A stretch of 63,472 nt of DNA, the filler included. It is 7 parts of 7 records of this genome, joined end to end, with 100 filler letters (N's around TTAATTAATTAA, not from the genome) between each part and the next. Parts side by side here need not be neighbours in the genome. Positions count along the whole stretch, not along the records: positions 51,685 to 57,930 come from DRR723986_5336; positions 58,031 to 63,472 come from DRR723986_5493; 5 more parts are not named here. The stretch is one strand, 5' to 3'. Shown here piece by piece: positions 51,742 to 63,281 of this stretch. The translations under genes and the position numbers were made by a program. Every line of letters begins with the position of its first letter. Position 1 is the first letter of the stretch. The notes below the pieces were generated by a model, which did not search any database, was not told the DNA's origin, and worked only from the letters and a program-made list of their open reading frames with translations.

Positions 51742-51981
51742 TTATTTCTGCTCTAGCGCGTCCAGGCGCGCCTTAAGCGCTGCGTTTTCTTCGCGCGCTT
51801 TTTGGGCCATGGCGCGCACGGCCTCGAATTCTTCGCGGGTCACGAAATCGCGGTCAGCCAACCAGCGGTCAAGCAGGCTTTTCATCGCGGTTTCTGCCTC
51901 GGTCTTGGCGCCCTGCGCAACACCCATGGCATTGGTCATGAGTTGCGATAAATCGTCCAAAATCTTATTGCGGGTCTGCAT
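51742..51981 (-). CDS. ubiK: Accessory factor UbiK/BMFP family protein
   Basis: ILDDLSQLMTNAMG...DFVTREEFEAV...AREEN..L.ARL. Confidence 0.88.
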   Translation of the reverse strand: MQTRNKILDDLSQLMTNAMGVAQGAKTEAETAMKSLLDRWLADRDFVTREEFEAVRAMAQKAREENAALKARLDALEQK

Positions 51982-52078
51982 GGCCTACTCCAGCGTTACA
52001 ACTTAGTCCTATATGGGCTAGGCAGGCACGGGCCACAAGGCACGTTTGGCGACAAGTGAAAAAGGCAGGCAACCCCAG

Positions 52079-52978
52079 ATGCAAAACGGTATTCCCTTTC
52101 CCCACCTTTCGCCCGAGGTGTTTTCCTTTAGCCTGTTCGGGCTAGAGCTGGCACTGCGCTGGTATGCCTTGGCCTATATCGTGGGCATTGTGCTGGCGTG
52201 GCGTATCAGCCTGCACGCCCTGCGCCGCCCTGCCTTATGGCCGAAAAACACCCCCCCCATGGCACCCTTGCAGGTGGAAGACCTGCTAAGCTGGATCATC
52301 TTGGGCATCATTTTGGGGGGGCGGTTGGGCTTTGTGCTGTTTTACCAGCCGGCCTATTACCTGGCCAACCCTGGCGATATCTTGAAGGTGTGGCAGGGGG
52401 GTATGTCGTTTCATGGCGGGTTTTTGGGCGTGGTGGTGGCGGGCTGGCTATATACCAGGCGCCAGGGCATCGCGCCGGCTGCGGCGGGCGATGTGATTGC
52501 GTTGGGTGTGCCCGTGGGGCTGATGCTGGGGCGCATCGCCAATTTCATCAATGCCGAATTATGGGGCCGGCCCACCGATATGCCCTGGGGGGTGATTTTC
52601 CCCCAAGAGGCGGCGCAGATCTGCCCCGGCGTGCTGCCGGGGACGTGCGCGCGCCACCCATCGCAGCTTTACGAGGCGCTGCTAGAGGGGGTGGTGTTAC
52701 TGGCGCTTATGCTGTGGCTGGCCTATCGGCGTGGGGCGCTGAAAGTGCCAGGCCAGATCACCGGCGTGTTTGTTGCAGGCTACGGGCTGGCACGGTTTGT
52801 TGTGGAATATTTCCGCCAGGCCGATGCGCAGTTTATCACCCCCGATAACCCGATGGGCTTTGTCCTGCGGCTGGGTGATCTTGGGGTGACGATGGGCCAG
52901 GTGCTATCGCTGCCAATGCTGGTGGTGGGGCTGGTGGTGATCTGGCTGGCCCGGCGCCGGGCTGTGGGCGCAGCATGA
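52079..52978 (+). CDS. lgt: Prolipoprotein diacylglyceryl transferase
   Basis: LRWYALAY, GGRLG, GGMSFHGG, GRIANFINAELWGR, RHPSQLYE, MGQ.LS. Confidence 0.97.
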   Translation: MQNGIPFPHLSPEVFSFSLFGLELALRWYALAYIVGIVLAWRISLHALRRPALWPKNTPPMAPLQVEDLLSWIILGIILGGRLGFVLFYQPAYYLANPGDILKVWQGGMSFHGGFLGVVVAGWLYTRRQGIAPAAAGDVIALGVPVGLMLGRIANFINAELWGRPTDMPWGVIFPQEAAQICPGVLPGTCARHPSQLYEALLEGVVLLALMLWLAYRRGALKVPGQITGVFVAGYGLARFVVEYFRQADAQFITPDNPMGFVLRLGDLGVTMGQVLSLPMLVVGLVVIWLARRRAVGAA

Positions 52979-54036
52979 GCTTGGCGCAGCATCTGGCGCA
53001 GCGCATTGCCGGCACTGGCCCGCTTAGCGTGGCTGATTTCATGGCCGAGGCACTGCTGCATCCGCGCTATGGCTATTACACCACGCGCGATCCGCTGGGC
53101 CAGGCGGGTGATTTTACCACCGCACCGGAAATCAGCCAGATGTTTGGCGAATTGCTGGGCCTGTGCCTTGCCGTGGCATGGCAATCGCAGGGCAGCCCCG
53201 CGCCCTTTGTGCTGGCCGAGCTGGGGCCGGGCCGGGGCACGCTGATGGCCGATGCCCTGCGCGCCACGCGGCGGGTGCCGGGCTTTCACGCGGCGATGCA
53301 GCTGGTGCTGGTGGAAATGTCGCCGGTGCTGCAAGCGCGCCAAAGCACGCTGTTGCAGGCCTATGCGCCCCGGCATCTGCACAGCATGGCCGAGGTGCCG
53401 CAAGCGCCGCTGTTCTTGCTGGCCAATGAATTTTTCGATGCCCTGCCCATTCGCCAGTTTCAGCGCACAGGCCAGGCCTGGGCCGAGCGGCTGGTGGGGC
53501 TGGGGGCTGATGGGCAATTGTGCATGGGGCTGGGGGCCGAGGCGGCGCAACCGGGCCTGGCGGCCCGGCTGGCCGATACAAGCCCCGGCGATGTGGTGGA
53601 AACATGCCCCGCGGCCGGCCCGATTGCCGCCGAAATTGGCCAACGCATTGCCCAGCATGGTGGCGCCGCGCTGATTGTGGATTACGGCGATTGGCGCAGT
53701 TTGGGCGATACGTTGCAGGCCCTGCAGGGGCATGGGCCGGTCGATGTGCTGGCCAGCCCGGGGCAGGCCGATATCACCGCCCATGTGGATTTCGAGGCGC
53801 TGGCCACAGCCGCGCCTTGCGCGCATACCCGCCTCACCCCGCAAGGCGCGTTTTTGCAGCGCCTTGGTATTGACCATCGGGCCAAAGCCTTGGCAGAAAA
53901 TCTGCAAGATGCGGCGCTGGCCTCGCATTGGGCGGCATATCGGCGCTTGACGCATGCAGAAGAAATGGGAACGCTATTCAAGGTGCTGGGCCTTTATCCT
54001 GCTCAGATGCCACCACCACCGGGGTTTTTGCCATGA
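52975..54036 (+). CDS. SAM-dependent methyltransferase, MidA/NDUFAF7 family
   Basis: GYY...GDFTTAPEISQMFGE, ELGPGRGTLM, ANEFFDALP, DYG, DITAHVDF, MGTLFKV. Confidence 0.93.
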   Translation: MSLAQHLAQRIAGTGPLSVADFMAEALLHPRYGYYTTRDPLGQAGDFTTAPEISQMFGELLGLCLAVAWQSQGSPAPFVLAELGPGRGTLMADALRATRRVPGFHAAMQLVLVEMSPVLQARQSTLLQAYAPRHLHSMAEVPQAPLFLLANEFFDALPIRQFQRTGQAWAERLVGLGADGQLCMGLGAEAAQPGLAARLADTSPGDVVETCPAAGPIAAEIGQRIAQHGGAALIVDYGDWRSLGDTLQALQGHGPVDVLASPGQADITAHVDFEALATAAPCAHTRLTPQGAFLQRLGIDHRAKALAENLQDAALASHWAAYRRLTHAEEMGTLFKVLGLYPAQMPPPPGFLP

Positions 54037-54788
54037 CGCTGGAAATCATCACCGCAGATGCCCTGAAAGAGGTGCGCCACGGTTTTTTCACTCGCCGGGG
54101 TGGGGCCTCGTCTGGGGTGTTTGCCGGGTTGAACTGTGGGCAAGGCAGCAGCGACCAATCAGAAATTGTTGAAATAAACCGGGGCCGCGTGGCCGATGCC
54201 ATGGCGGTGGCAGCCGATGATCTGGTGACGGTGCATCAGGTGCATTCGGCCCAGGTGGTGCAGGTTGATGCCGCCCTGCCGCAGCGCCCAAAGGCCGATG
54301 CCATGGTCACGGCCACGCCGGGGCTGGCGCTGGGGATATTGACCGCCGATTGCCAGCCTGTGCTGTTTGCCGATCATAGCGCCGGGGTGATTGGCGCGGC
54401 CCATGCAGGCTGGCGCGGGGCGCTGGATGGGGTGCTAGAGGCCACATTAGAGGCGATGGAGGCGCTGGGCGCGCAGCGGGCCGATACCGTGGCGGTAATT
54501 GGCCCCACGATCAGCCAGCGCGCCTACGAGGTTGGGCCCGAGTTTCTAGATGCGTTCATGGCCGACGATATCGACAACCAACGCTTTTTCGCCAATGGCC
54601 AGAATGACCGGTATTTGTTTGATCTGCCGGCCTTTGGCCTGCACAGGCTGCGCAGCATCGGTGTGGGCCATGCGGAATGGACGCGGCATTGCACCTATTC
54701 CGACCCCGATCGTTTTTATTCCTATCGCCGCACCACCCATAACGGCGAGGCCGATTACGGGCGGCTGATCTCGGTTATCCGCCTATAG
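54033..54788 (+). CDS. pgeF: Peptidoglycan editing factor / purine nucleoside phosphorylase (YfiH family)
   Basis: HGFFTRRGG, QVHS, LTADC, AAHAGWRG, FYSYRR. Confidence 0.94.
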   Translation: MTLEIITADALKEVRHGFFTRRGGASSGVFAGLNCGQGSSDQSEIVEINRGRVADAMAVAADDLVTVHQVHSAQVVQVDAALPQRPKADAMVTATPGLALGILTADCQPVLFADHSAGVIGAAHAGWRGALDGVLEATLEAMEALGAQRADTVAVIGPTISQRAYEVGPEFLDAFMADDIDNQRFFANGQNDRYLFDLPAFGLHRLRSIGVGHAEWTRHCTYSDPDRFYSYRRTTHNGEADYGRLISVIRL

Positions 54789-54815
54789 GGCGGTGTGGCC
54801 AGCCGCGGCTTTTCC

Positions 54816-54841
54816 TTAACCTTGCCTTAACCTTGCCTTAA
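54816..54841 (+). promoter_or_regulatory. Two overlapping CtrA-binding consensus sites
   Basis: TTAA-CCTTGCC-TTAA-CCTTGCC-TTAA. Confidence 0.7.
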
Positions 54842-54902
54842 TGGGCGGGCAGTGTTGCAACATGGGCCAAAAATGGCCGGGTTTAAGCACTGGAGACTGG
54901 CA

Positions 54903-55037
54903 ATGAGCAAAAGCAAACGCTGGATGATCTCGGCACTGGAAACCGCCGAAACACTGGGCGCCATGCCCCTGCCGTGGCAGCGCGCTCAGGAAATCGAGCC
55001 GCGGCCAGAGGCGCCGGAAATGGCCAAATCGGCCTAA
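54903..55037 (+). CDS. Small hypothetical protein, 44 aa (MSKSKRWMISALETAETLGAMPLPWQRA...)
   Basis: GGAG RBS; fills the intergenic gap downstream of the CtrA boxes. Confidence 0.65.
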   Translation: MSKSKRWMISALETAETLGAMPLPWQRAQEIEPRPEAPEMAKSA

Positions 55038-55173
55038 ATTTGCCCCCCCCAGCCGGGGTGCATGTGACAGATTTTTTCAAGACCTCCCTCGACACCACCA
55101 CTGGGCTGCATGGGCGACCGTGCAGCCCATTTTTTGCTGTGCTCGTGTCAGGGGGCCGGGCGGGGCAGGCAGA

Positions 55174-56820
<1,647 letters not shown>

Positions 56821-56826
56821 CCGCCC

Positions 56827-57162
56827 GTGTCCCACGATTTTGCAGCCCAGCGGGCCGAAACCTTTGATGCCTTCGCCGAGATGATCGGCGATGGCGGCCT
56901 GCCGGATGTGGCAGATCTGGATTTCTTCTTTGTGGCCACCGCCCAGCCAGCCGATTGGGCGGGGCTGGCTGCCGCATTAGAGCAGGCCGATTTCATGTGC
57001 GATTGGGTTGATGATGTAGACGAGGGCGAGGCGCCCTATCTGGTGGCCACATTGGCCGACCAGCCGGTGTCTGCCCAAAGCATCTGGGTGGCAGAAGAAA
57101 CCGCCACCCGTGTTGCGCTGCAGCATGGCTTTACGCCCGATGGTTGGGCGCTAGAGGGCTAG
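56827..57162 (+). CDS. RraB-like (ribonuclease E inhibitor) acidic protein
   Basis: Acidic 111 aa; DLDFFF and C-terminal G...DGW. Confidence 0.6.
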   Translation: MSHDFAAQRAETFDAFAEMIGDGGLPDVADLDFFFVATAQPADWAGLAAALEQADFMCDWVDDVDEGEAPYLVATLADQPVSAQSIWVAEETATRVALQHGFTPDGWALEG

Positions 57163-57210
57163 GCGCCGCCGCCCCATGCGCCTTTGCTGGGCCGCTAGGG
57201 CCTGTGCGTT

Positions 57211-57609
57211 TTAGCCTTCGCCGCGGGGTTCGCGCTGTGCCACAGGCGCCCCCGCTGCTTTCCAGCCGGAAAACCCATCTGTGATATGGCTGACATTGGG
57301 CAGGCCCATATCTTGGGCGGTGCGCGCCGACAGCGCCGAACGCCAGCCCGAGGCGCAATAAAACACAATCCGCTTGCCCGATTGGAACTGTGGCTTGGCA
57401 TAGGGGCTTTCTGGATCAATCCAGAATTCCAGCATGCCGCGCGGGCAATGAAAGGCGCCGGGGATCATGCCGTCGCGGTCCAGCTCGCGCGGATCGCGCA
57501 GATCAACGAACAGCACATCTTCCTGGCCGTGCAGCGCCATCATTTCGGTGGCGGGGGCGTGGGCCACTGTGGCGTTGGCCTCGGCCACCATGTCTTTGAT
57601 ATGTTTCAT
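57211..57609 (-). CDS. Rhodanese-like domain protein
   Basis: VDLRDPRE, IPGA, RGMLEF, FYCASGWRSA, GFSGW. Confidence 0.92.
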   Translation of the reverse strand: MKHIKDMVAEANATVAHAPATEMMALHGQEDVLFVDLRDPRELDRDGMIPGAFHCPRGMLEFWIDPESPYAKPQFQSGKRIVFYCASGWRSALSARTAQDMGLPNVSHITDGFSGWKAAGAPVAQREPRGEG

Positions 57610-57677
57610 AGCATTCTCCCTGTTTTGCCGCTTGCGCGGGCTTTGTGCCCCCTAAGGGGCACGGCCTGCAGATGCGA

Positions 57678-57930
57678 TTAGTCGCGCAGCAATTCGTTGA
57701 TGCCGGTTTTCGAGCGCGTCTGCGCATCGACCCGTTTCACGATAACTGCGCAATACAGGTTGATGCCGTTTTTCGAGGGCATCGAGCCTGAAACAACCAC
57801 CGAATAGGGGGGCACCTCGCCATACATGACCTCGCCGGTTTCACGATCGACGATCTTGGTGGATTTGCCAATATACACGCCCATGCCCAGCACGCTGCCC
57901 TCGCGCACGATGCAGCCCTCGACCACCTCG
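57678..57930 (-). CDS. dapD: Tetrahydrodipicolinate N-succinyltransferase, C-terminal part
   Basis: [27 protein letters not shown]...[26 protein letters not shown]. Confidence 0.95.
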
Positions 57931-58030
57931 NNNNNNNNNNNNNNNNNNNNNNNNNNNNNNNNNNNNNNNNNNNNTTAATTAATTAANNNNNNNNNNNNNN
58001 NNNNNNNNNNNNNNNNNNNNNNNNNNNNNN
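57931..58030. other. Artificial contig spacer
   Basis: N44-TTAATTAATTAA-N44. Confidence 0.99.
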
Positions 58031-58074
58031 GAGCGATGGCCGCCCGGTCGCGCTTTGCGACCCGGCGGGGTCCG

Positions 58075-59244
58075 TCAGGATTTTGCTGCTGCCCTGCGCC
58101 GCATCGCGGCAAGGCCGAGGTGCAGCGCCAGCCCGCCCGCATAGCACAGGCCGAGGAACAGCAGTCCCGCGCCCTGACCGCCCGCCGACAGCGCGGCCAG
58201 CAGGATCGGCGTGCCGGTGAGGTTGCCGAGGTTGCCCATCTGCGCCACCGCTCCGTTCGACAGCGCCCGCTCTCGCGGGTCCTCCACCAATTGCGGGATC
58301 GCGGCAAAGCTGCCCGCCTGCACCAGTGACAGCACGCCGAAGAGCGCGATCCACAAAACCGCCGCGCCGGGGGCCAAGGCCAGCAGCAGCACCGCCCCCG
58401 TGGCAAGGCCGAAGCCCGCCATGACCACGCGCACCGCCGGGATCCGCCGCAGCAGTTGCGCGACCAGCGTAAGCGACAGCACGATGCCGGTCAGCGGCAG
58501 GACCGTCGCGAGCCATGGTGCGCCGGGGGCCAGCCGTGGCAGCAGCGTCAGGGCCGAGACGAAGGTCAGCGTGTAGCACAGCCACCCCAGCGCCGGGGCG
58601 GCCATGGCCGGTGAGCGGTAGACCTGAAGGTGCCGCTGCAGGATCAGTTTCAGGCTGAAGGGCTCTGGCGGGGGGGCGATCAGGCGGCGCGGGATCATCA
58701 GGGCCACGCCTGCCGCAACGGCGAGCATCCATGCCGCTTGCAGCAGGATCGGCGCGGCTGGGCCGTAGGTCGCGGCCAGCGGCGTGCCGACCCATGCGAA
58801 GACCGCAAAGCCGGTGCCGAAGAAGGTGGACCAAAGCGCCATGGCCACCGGACGCTGCCGGTCGTCGGTGATCTCGGCGATCAGCGTGGGTGCCGCGACC
58901 ACGATGGCAAGATGCGAGGCGCCCTCGATCAGGCGCGAGGCCATGAACAGCGGCATCGCCGGCAGCAAAGCCTGCAGCAGGCTCATGCCCGCGCCCAGCA
59001 ACAGCCCCACCAGCAGCATCGTGCGGAAGCCCAGCCGTGCCACGATCATGCCCGCGACCAGACCCAGACCGACGCCGAGGAACGAGATCAGCGAGACCGC
59101 AAGCCCCAGCCCGGCGCCCGCCCCGGGGTAGGTCTGTTCCAGCGCGGTGAAGCCCACGGCAAGCTTGGCGAATTGCGCCGCTGCCCCAAGGCCCGCGGCG
59201 TAGAGCAGGGCGACAAGGGCCCATGGTCCGGAAGTCGTGGTCAT
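58075..59244 (-). CDS. MFS transporter
   Basis: True start MTTTSGPW within the 770-aa track ORF; about 12 TM; AAAQFAK, ARLGFR, SRLIEG, QMGNLG. Confidence 0.85.
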   Translation of the reverse strand: MTTTSGPWALVALLYAAGLGAAAQFAKLAVGFTALEQTYPGAGAGLGLAVSLISFLGVGLGLVAGMIVARLGFRTMLLVGLLLGAGMSLLQALLPAMPLFMASRLIEGASHLAIVVAAPTLIAEITDDRQRPVAMALWSTFFGTGFAVFAWVGTPLAATYGPAAPILLQAAWMLAVAAGVALMIPRRLIAPPPEPFSLKLILQRHLQVYRSPAMAAPALGWLCYTLTFVSALTLLPRLAPGAPWLATVLPLTGIVLSLTLVAQLLRRIPAVRVVMAGFGLATGAVLLLALAPGAAVLWIALFGVLSLVQAGSFAAIPQLVEDPRERALSNGAVAQMGNLGNLTGTPILLAALSAGGQGAGLLFLGLCYAGGLALHLGLAAMRRRAAAKS

Positions 59245-59339
59245 GTCGTCTCTCGCCGTGGTTGCGCGGACCATGAACCCGTTGGTCGCCGGGCGCAAGC
59301 GCCGGCGCCCGTGCGGACCCGGGGGTGGAGGGCCCGCGG

Positions 59340-60398
59340 TCACTCGGCGGGCTGGAACCCCATGATGAGCTGCCGCAGCCCAAGGGCCGCGCCGGCGAAG
59401 ATCGCGAGGAAGGTCACCGGGCCCGAGAAGGCCAGCACCGAAAAGGCCGACAGGCCCTGCCCGATGGAGCATCCCAGCGCGGTGACCGCGCCCACGCCCA
59501 TCAGGATCGCCCCGAAGATCTGGCGGCGCAACTCGCGCGGGTCCTCGCAGGCTTCCCAGCGGAAATGGCCCTTTATCAGCGAGCCGAGACAGGCCCCGCT
59601 CCAGACCCCGACGATGGAGCCGACGGCAAAGCTCAGCGGCCGGGCCGAGCCGGTCATGAACCACAGGATCGTCTCTCCCATCGGGGCCGAGAAGCTGTGC
59701 GAGACGATCGGCAGGGCCTCGAACGATCCGGCGGCGACCCGGGCGGTGCCCGCCCAGCCCGCGACGATGCCCAGCCCCACGACACCGCCCCAGAGGATGG
59801 CCGAGGGCTTCTCCCAAAGCGCGCGCGAGGCGAGGGAGGCGGCCAGCAGGACGGCGCCAAGGATCATGCCCGCCACCGTCACCGGGACGCCGGTCAGGCC
59901 CGACAGGTGGTGCGCGATGCCCGGCGCCCGGTCGGTCGTGACCGGGGTCTGCGGGAAAAGCGCGTCGCGCAGCGGCGCCAGCGGCCCGGCGAGCACGACG
60001 AAGGCAGAGACGCCCATGACCAGAACGATGACGAAGCTGCGCAGGTCGCCCCCGCCCAGCCGGGCCAGCGCGCCGTAGCCGCAATTGCCCGCCAGCGCCA
60101 TGCCGTAGCCGAACATCAGCCCGCCCACGACCGAGGCCATGGGCATCCAGCGGATCGACAGGTAGTAGGTCTGCGCCCCGTCCAGCAGCCCCGCCGCCAT
60201 CAGGCCGAAGCTGCCGAGGATCGCCAGCCCGATCGCCACGCCCCACATCCGCAGCCGCACCGTCGAGCCGCCGTAGAGCGCGTCCTCGATGGCGCCCAGC
60301 GTGCAGAACCGGCCCAGCCGCGCGGCCAGCCCCAGCAGCAGGCCGCTGGCCAGCCCGACGGCCGCCATGTCGTGAAAATCGGTCCATGGACCCAGCAC
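59340..60398 (-). CDS. soxT: YeeE/YedE family sulfur transporter (SoxT)
   Basis: RFCTLGA, GMALAGNCG, ALGCSIGQG conserved Cys motifs; GTG start after AGGAGG. Confidence 0.85.
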   Translation of the reverse strand: MLGPWTDFHDMAAVGLASGLLLGLAARLGRFCTLGAIEDALYGGSTVRLRMWGVAIGLAILGSFGLMAAGLLDGAQTYYLSIRWMPMASVVGGLMFGYGMALAGNCGYGALARLGGGDLRSFVIVLVMGVSAFVVLAGPLAPLRDALFPQTPVTTDRAPGIAHHLSGLTGVPVTVAGMILGAVLLAASLASRALWEKPSAILWGGVVGLGIVAGWAGTARVAAGSFEALPIVSHSFSAPMGETILWFMTGSARPLSFAVGSIVGVWSGACLGSLIKGHFRWEACEDPRELRRQIFGAILMGVGAVTALGCSIGQGLSAFSVLAFSGPVTFLAIFAGAALGLRQLIMGFQPAE

Positions 60399-60471
60399 GC
60401 CTTGCCCTCCTCCTGACAGACGCCGCCCGCGCAGCTTGCCCTCATATTCCGTATTCGGCAAGCGTTCCTGT

Positions 60472-60843
60472 CTAGTCGTCCTTGCAGAACAACTCGTAGA
60501 CGCATTCCAGCATCTTGCGCGGCTTGTCGTCGGCGAGGCGGTAGTAGATCGCCTTGCCCTCGCGCCGGGGCACCACCAGCCCCTCGAGCCGCAGGCGCGA
60601 CAGTTGCTGGCTGACGGCGGCCTGCCGGGCGGACAGAAGCTCTTCCAGCTCGGTCACCGACTTCTCGCCGGAGACGAGGTGGCACAGGATCATCAGGCGC
60701 CCCTCGTGGCTGATCGCCTTGAGAAAGGCCGAGGCCCGGGTGGCCTTGTCCACGATGATGTCGAGCTCTGCGCCGCTCAGGTCCTTGCTCAGGACCGGCA
60801 GCGATGATGTCGTCGCCGTGTCCTCAATGCTGTGCCGGGTCAT
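60472..60843 (-). CDS. soxR: ArsR-family sulfur-responsive repressor SoxR
   Basis: LKAISHEGRLMILCHL, VSQQLSRLR, YELFC (two Cys); sox context. Confidence 0.88.
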   Translation of the reverse strand: MTRHSIEDTATTSSLPVLSKDLSGAELDIIVDKATRASAFLKAISHEGRLMILCHLVSGEKSVTELEELLSARQAAVSQQLSRLRLEGLVVPRREGKAIYYRLADDKPRKMLECVYELFCKDD

Positions 60844-61201
60844 AATCGGTCTTGTCCTGAAGCAGTTTCGAGTAGAGGGGCCAGAAGAAATCCTGCCCGA
60901 CGTAGCCTTCCATCCGCGCGATCTCGACCCCGTCGTCGACGAGGATGAAGGTCGGGGTGAACCGCACGGGCCGGGCATAGGTTACGCCCTCGGGCGGACC
61001 CATGTGCAGATCGGCGCGCAGCAGCGGCGCGAACCGCCCTTCGGCCGTGTTGGGATAGGCGGGCGCGATCTCGTCATCCCATGCGGCGCAATAGGCGCAG
61101 CCGGGTTGTTCGACCATGACGAGACGCATATCGCTGGCCGCGGCGGGCAGGGCCAGCCACGTCGCCACGAGGGCAGCGCCGAGAGACAGGATCACATTCA
61201 T
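60824..61201 (-). CDS. soxS: Periplasmic thioredoxin-like SoxS
   Basis: Signal peptide; CAYC; FTPTF; GYVG.DFFW. Confidence 0.88.
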   Translation of the reverse strand: MNVILSLGAALVATWLALPAAASDMRLVMVEQPGCAYCAAWDDEIAPAYPNTAEGRFAPLLRADLHMGPPEGVTYARPVRFTPTFILVDDGVEIARMEGYVGQDFFWPLYSKLLQDKTDYDPAQH

Positions 61202-61276
61202 AGCAAGACCGATTGACGTCCGGGTTTCGAACTACCTAATCTGAATATGTGAATTTTACAAGGAAAGGCGCCCCGC

Positions 61277-62053
61277 GTGCTCGACATTTCCTTCGCAGGT
61301 GCGGCGATTGCCGGACTTCTGAGCTTCTTCACGCCCTGCATCCTGCCCATGGTGCCGTTCTACCTGTGCTACATGGCGGGAATCTCGATGGCGGAACTGC
61401 GCGCGGAGGAGGGCATCGCCCCGGGCGCGCGGCGACGGCTGATTCTCTCGGCGCTGTTCTTCGCGGCCGGGGTGACGACGATCTTCGTGCTGCTGGGCAT
61501 GGGGGCCACGGCGGTCGGCCAGACCTTCGCGACCTGGATCGACCAGTTGCAATGGGTCGCGGCGGCGATCCTGACGGTCTTCGGCCTGCATTTCCTGACG
61601 CCGATCGCCCTGAACCGCTTCGGCATCGACTTTGCGCTGACCTTCAAGCTGGGGTTCCTCTACCGGGAGGCGAAGCTGGAGAGCAAGGCAGAGCCCACCA
61701 CCGCGCTGGGCGCCTACCTGATGGGCCTCGCCTTCGGCTTTGGCTGGACGCCCTGCGTGGGCCCGGCGCTGGCCTCGATCCTGATGATCGCCAGCGGCAT
61801 GGGCGACATCTGGCGCGGCGGTCTGCTGCTGCTGGTCTACGGTCTGGGCATGACCGCGCCCTTCGTTCTTGCGGCGCTGTTCTCGGGGCCCTTCCTGCGC
61901 TGGACCGCGCGCCACCGGGACAAGTTGCGATACGTCGAAAAGGTCATGGGGGTGATGCTCATCCTCTTTGCGATCCTGATCGTTACGGATACGGTGAACG
62001 TCATCGGGCAGTGGATGCTCGACACCTTCCCGGCGTGGTCATCCCTGAGTTGA
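61277..62053 (+). CDS. soxV: CcdA-like membrane thiol reductase SoxV
   Basis: SFFTPCILPMVP, GWTPCVGP, YGLG. Confidence 0.9.
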   Translation: MLDISFAGAAIAGLLSFFTPCILPMVPFYLCYMAGISMAELRAEEGIAPGARRRLILSALFFAAGVTTIFVLLGMGATAVGQTFATWIDQLQWVAAAILTVFGLHFLTPIALNRFGIDFALTFKLGFLYREAKLESKAEPTTALGAYLMGLAFGFGWTPCVGPALASILMIASGMGDIWRGGLLLLVYGLGMTAPFVLAALFSGPFLRWTARHRDKLRYVEKVMGVMLILFAILIVTDTVNVIGQWMLDTFPAWSSLS

Positions 62054-62067
62054 GAGGAGGGAAAGAC

Positions 62068-62646
62068 ATGAGACACTGGACCCTGACGGCGCTGGCCGCC
62101 GTGATCGCCCTGCCGCTTGCGGCGGCGGAACTGGGCGACGACGGGCTGCACAAGCAGCCGTGGATGCGGGACACCTTCAAGGACCTGCGCGAGGATCTCG
62201 ACGAGGCCAATGCCGAGGGCAAGCGCCTCGTGCTGTTCTTCGAGCAGCGCGGCTGCATCTACTGCACCAAGATGCACGAAGAGGTGTTCAGCGATCCGAT
62301 GGTCTCGGACTACATCGACGAGAATTACTTCGTCGTGCAGCTGAACCTGCATGGCGACATCGAGGTGACCGACTTCGACGGAGAATCGCTGTCCGAGAAG
62401 GCGATGGCGCGGAAATGGAACGTGCTCTTCACGCCGACGGTGATGTTCCTGCCCGAAGAGGTCGCAGAGGACGTCTCTGCGCCGCGCGCCGCGGTCGCGG
62501 TGATGCCGGGCGCCTTCGGCAAGGGCACCACCATCGACATGTTCACTTGGGTCAACGAAAAGCGGTATGAGCTTGAGGGCGATGAGGATTTTCAGCGATA
62601 CCACGCCCGACGGATCCAGGAGCGGGACAACGGCAAGACCGACTGA
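62068..62646 (+). CDS. soxW: Thioredoxin-family SoxW
   Basis: Signal peptide; EQRGCIYC; FTPT; MPGAFG; GGAGG RBS. Confidence 0.9.
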   Translation: MRHWTLTALAAVIALPLAAAELGDDGLHKQPWMRDTFKDLREDLDEANAEGKRLVLFFEQRGCIYCTKMHEEVFSDPMVSDYIDENYFVVQLNLHGDIEVTDFDGESLSEKAMARKWNVLFTPTVMFLPEEVAEDVSAPRAAVAVMPGAFGKGTTIDMFTWVNEKRYELEGDEDFQRYHARRIQERDNGKTD

Positions 62647-62667
62647 GCCGGCCTTGCAAGAAACCAA

Positions 62668-62687
62668 AAATTCAAATGCGTGAATTT
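62668..62687. promoter_or_regulatory. Probable SoxR operator between soxW and soxX
   Basis: AAATTCA-AATGCG-TGAATTT, containing ATTC-N8-GAAT. Confidence 0.6.
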
Positions 62688-62780
62688 GTTGTTGCGTGAA
62701 GCGGGGGCGGTGCTCTACGGTATGCAGCAGCCGATGCGAGCCAAGACCCGGCCAAGGGTCCGCAAGCCTAGGGAGGGAAC

Positions 62781-63257
62781 ATGAGGCTTACAGCAATGAC
62801 AGCGGCCCTTGCGCTGACCGCCGGAGCGGTCTGTGCGCAGGACGTCGCGCCGACCGATGTGTCCTACAGCGAATACGGAGAGGTGGCGACGCCTCTCACC
62901 CCCGAGCCGGGCGACGCAGAGCGGGGGCTTCAGGTCTTCTCGCAGCGCTCGCAGGGCAACTGCGTGGCCTGCCACATGGTCGAGCAGTATCCCGACATCG
63001 CCTTCCAGGGCGAGGTTGGCCCGCCGCTGTCCGGCGTGGGCGGCTACCGCTCTGCCGAGGAACTGCGCGGCATCGTCGCCAATGCCAAGATGACCTTCCC
63101 CGACACGGTCATGCCGGCCTTCTACAAGACCACCGGCTTCATCCGTCCGGGGGATGCCTATACCGGCAAGGCCGCCCCCGAGGACCTGCCGCCGATCCTT
63201 TCGGCCCAGCAGATCGAAGACGTCGTCGCTTTCCTGCTCACCCTGCAGGACGGCTGA
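62781..63257 (+). CDS. soxX: Sulfur oxidation c-type cytochrome SoxX
   Basis: GNCVACH heme site, GPPL, TVMPAFY. Confidence 0.93.
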   Translation: MRLTAMTAALALTAGAVCAQDVAPTDVSYSEYGEVATPLTPEPGDAERGLQVFSQRSQGNCVACHMVEQYPDIAFQGEVGPPLSGVGGYRSAEELRGIVANAKMTFPDTVMPAFYKTTGFIRPGDAYTGKAAPEDLPPILSAQQIEDVVAFLLTLQDG

Positions 63258-63281
63258 CCCCGACAACACAGGAGACACCAC

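Noticed and set aside
54903-55037. 44-aa CtrA-linked peptide as the missing lasso precursor
   Set aside because: Different contig; no (Y/W)xxP leader motif and no Thr-x-Gly/Ala junction followed by a plausible core
58075-60387. 770-aa ORF suggesting a fused MFS protein
   Set aside because: The N-terminal half is an off-frame reading of soxT in GC-rich DNA; the real MFS starts at 59244
61249-62646. 465-aa ORF suggesting a long SoxW
   Set aside because: The upstream part is an alternative frame of soxV; SoxW has its own RBS and signal peptide at 62068
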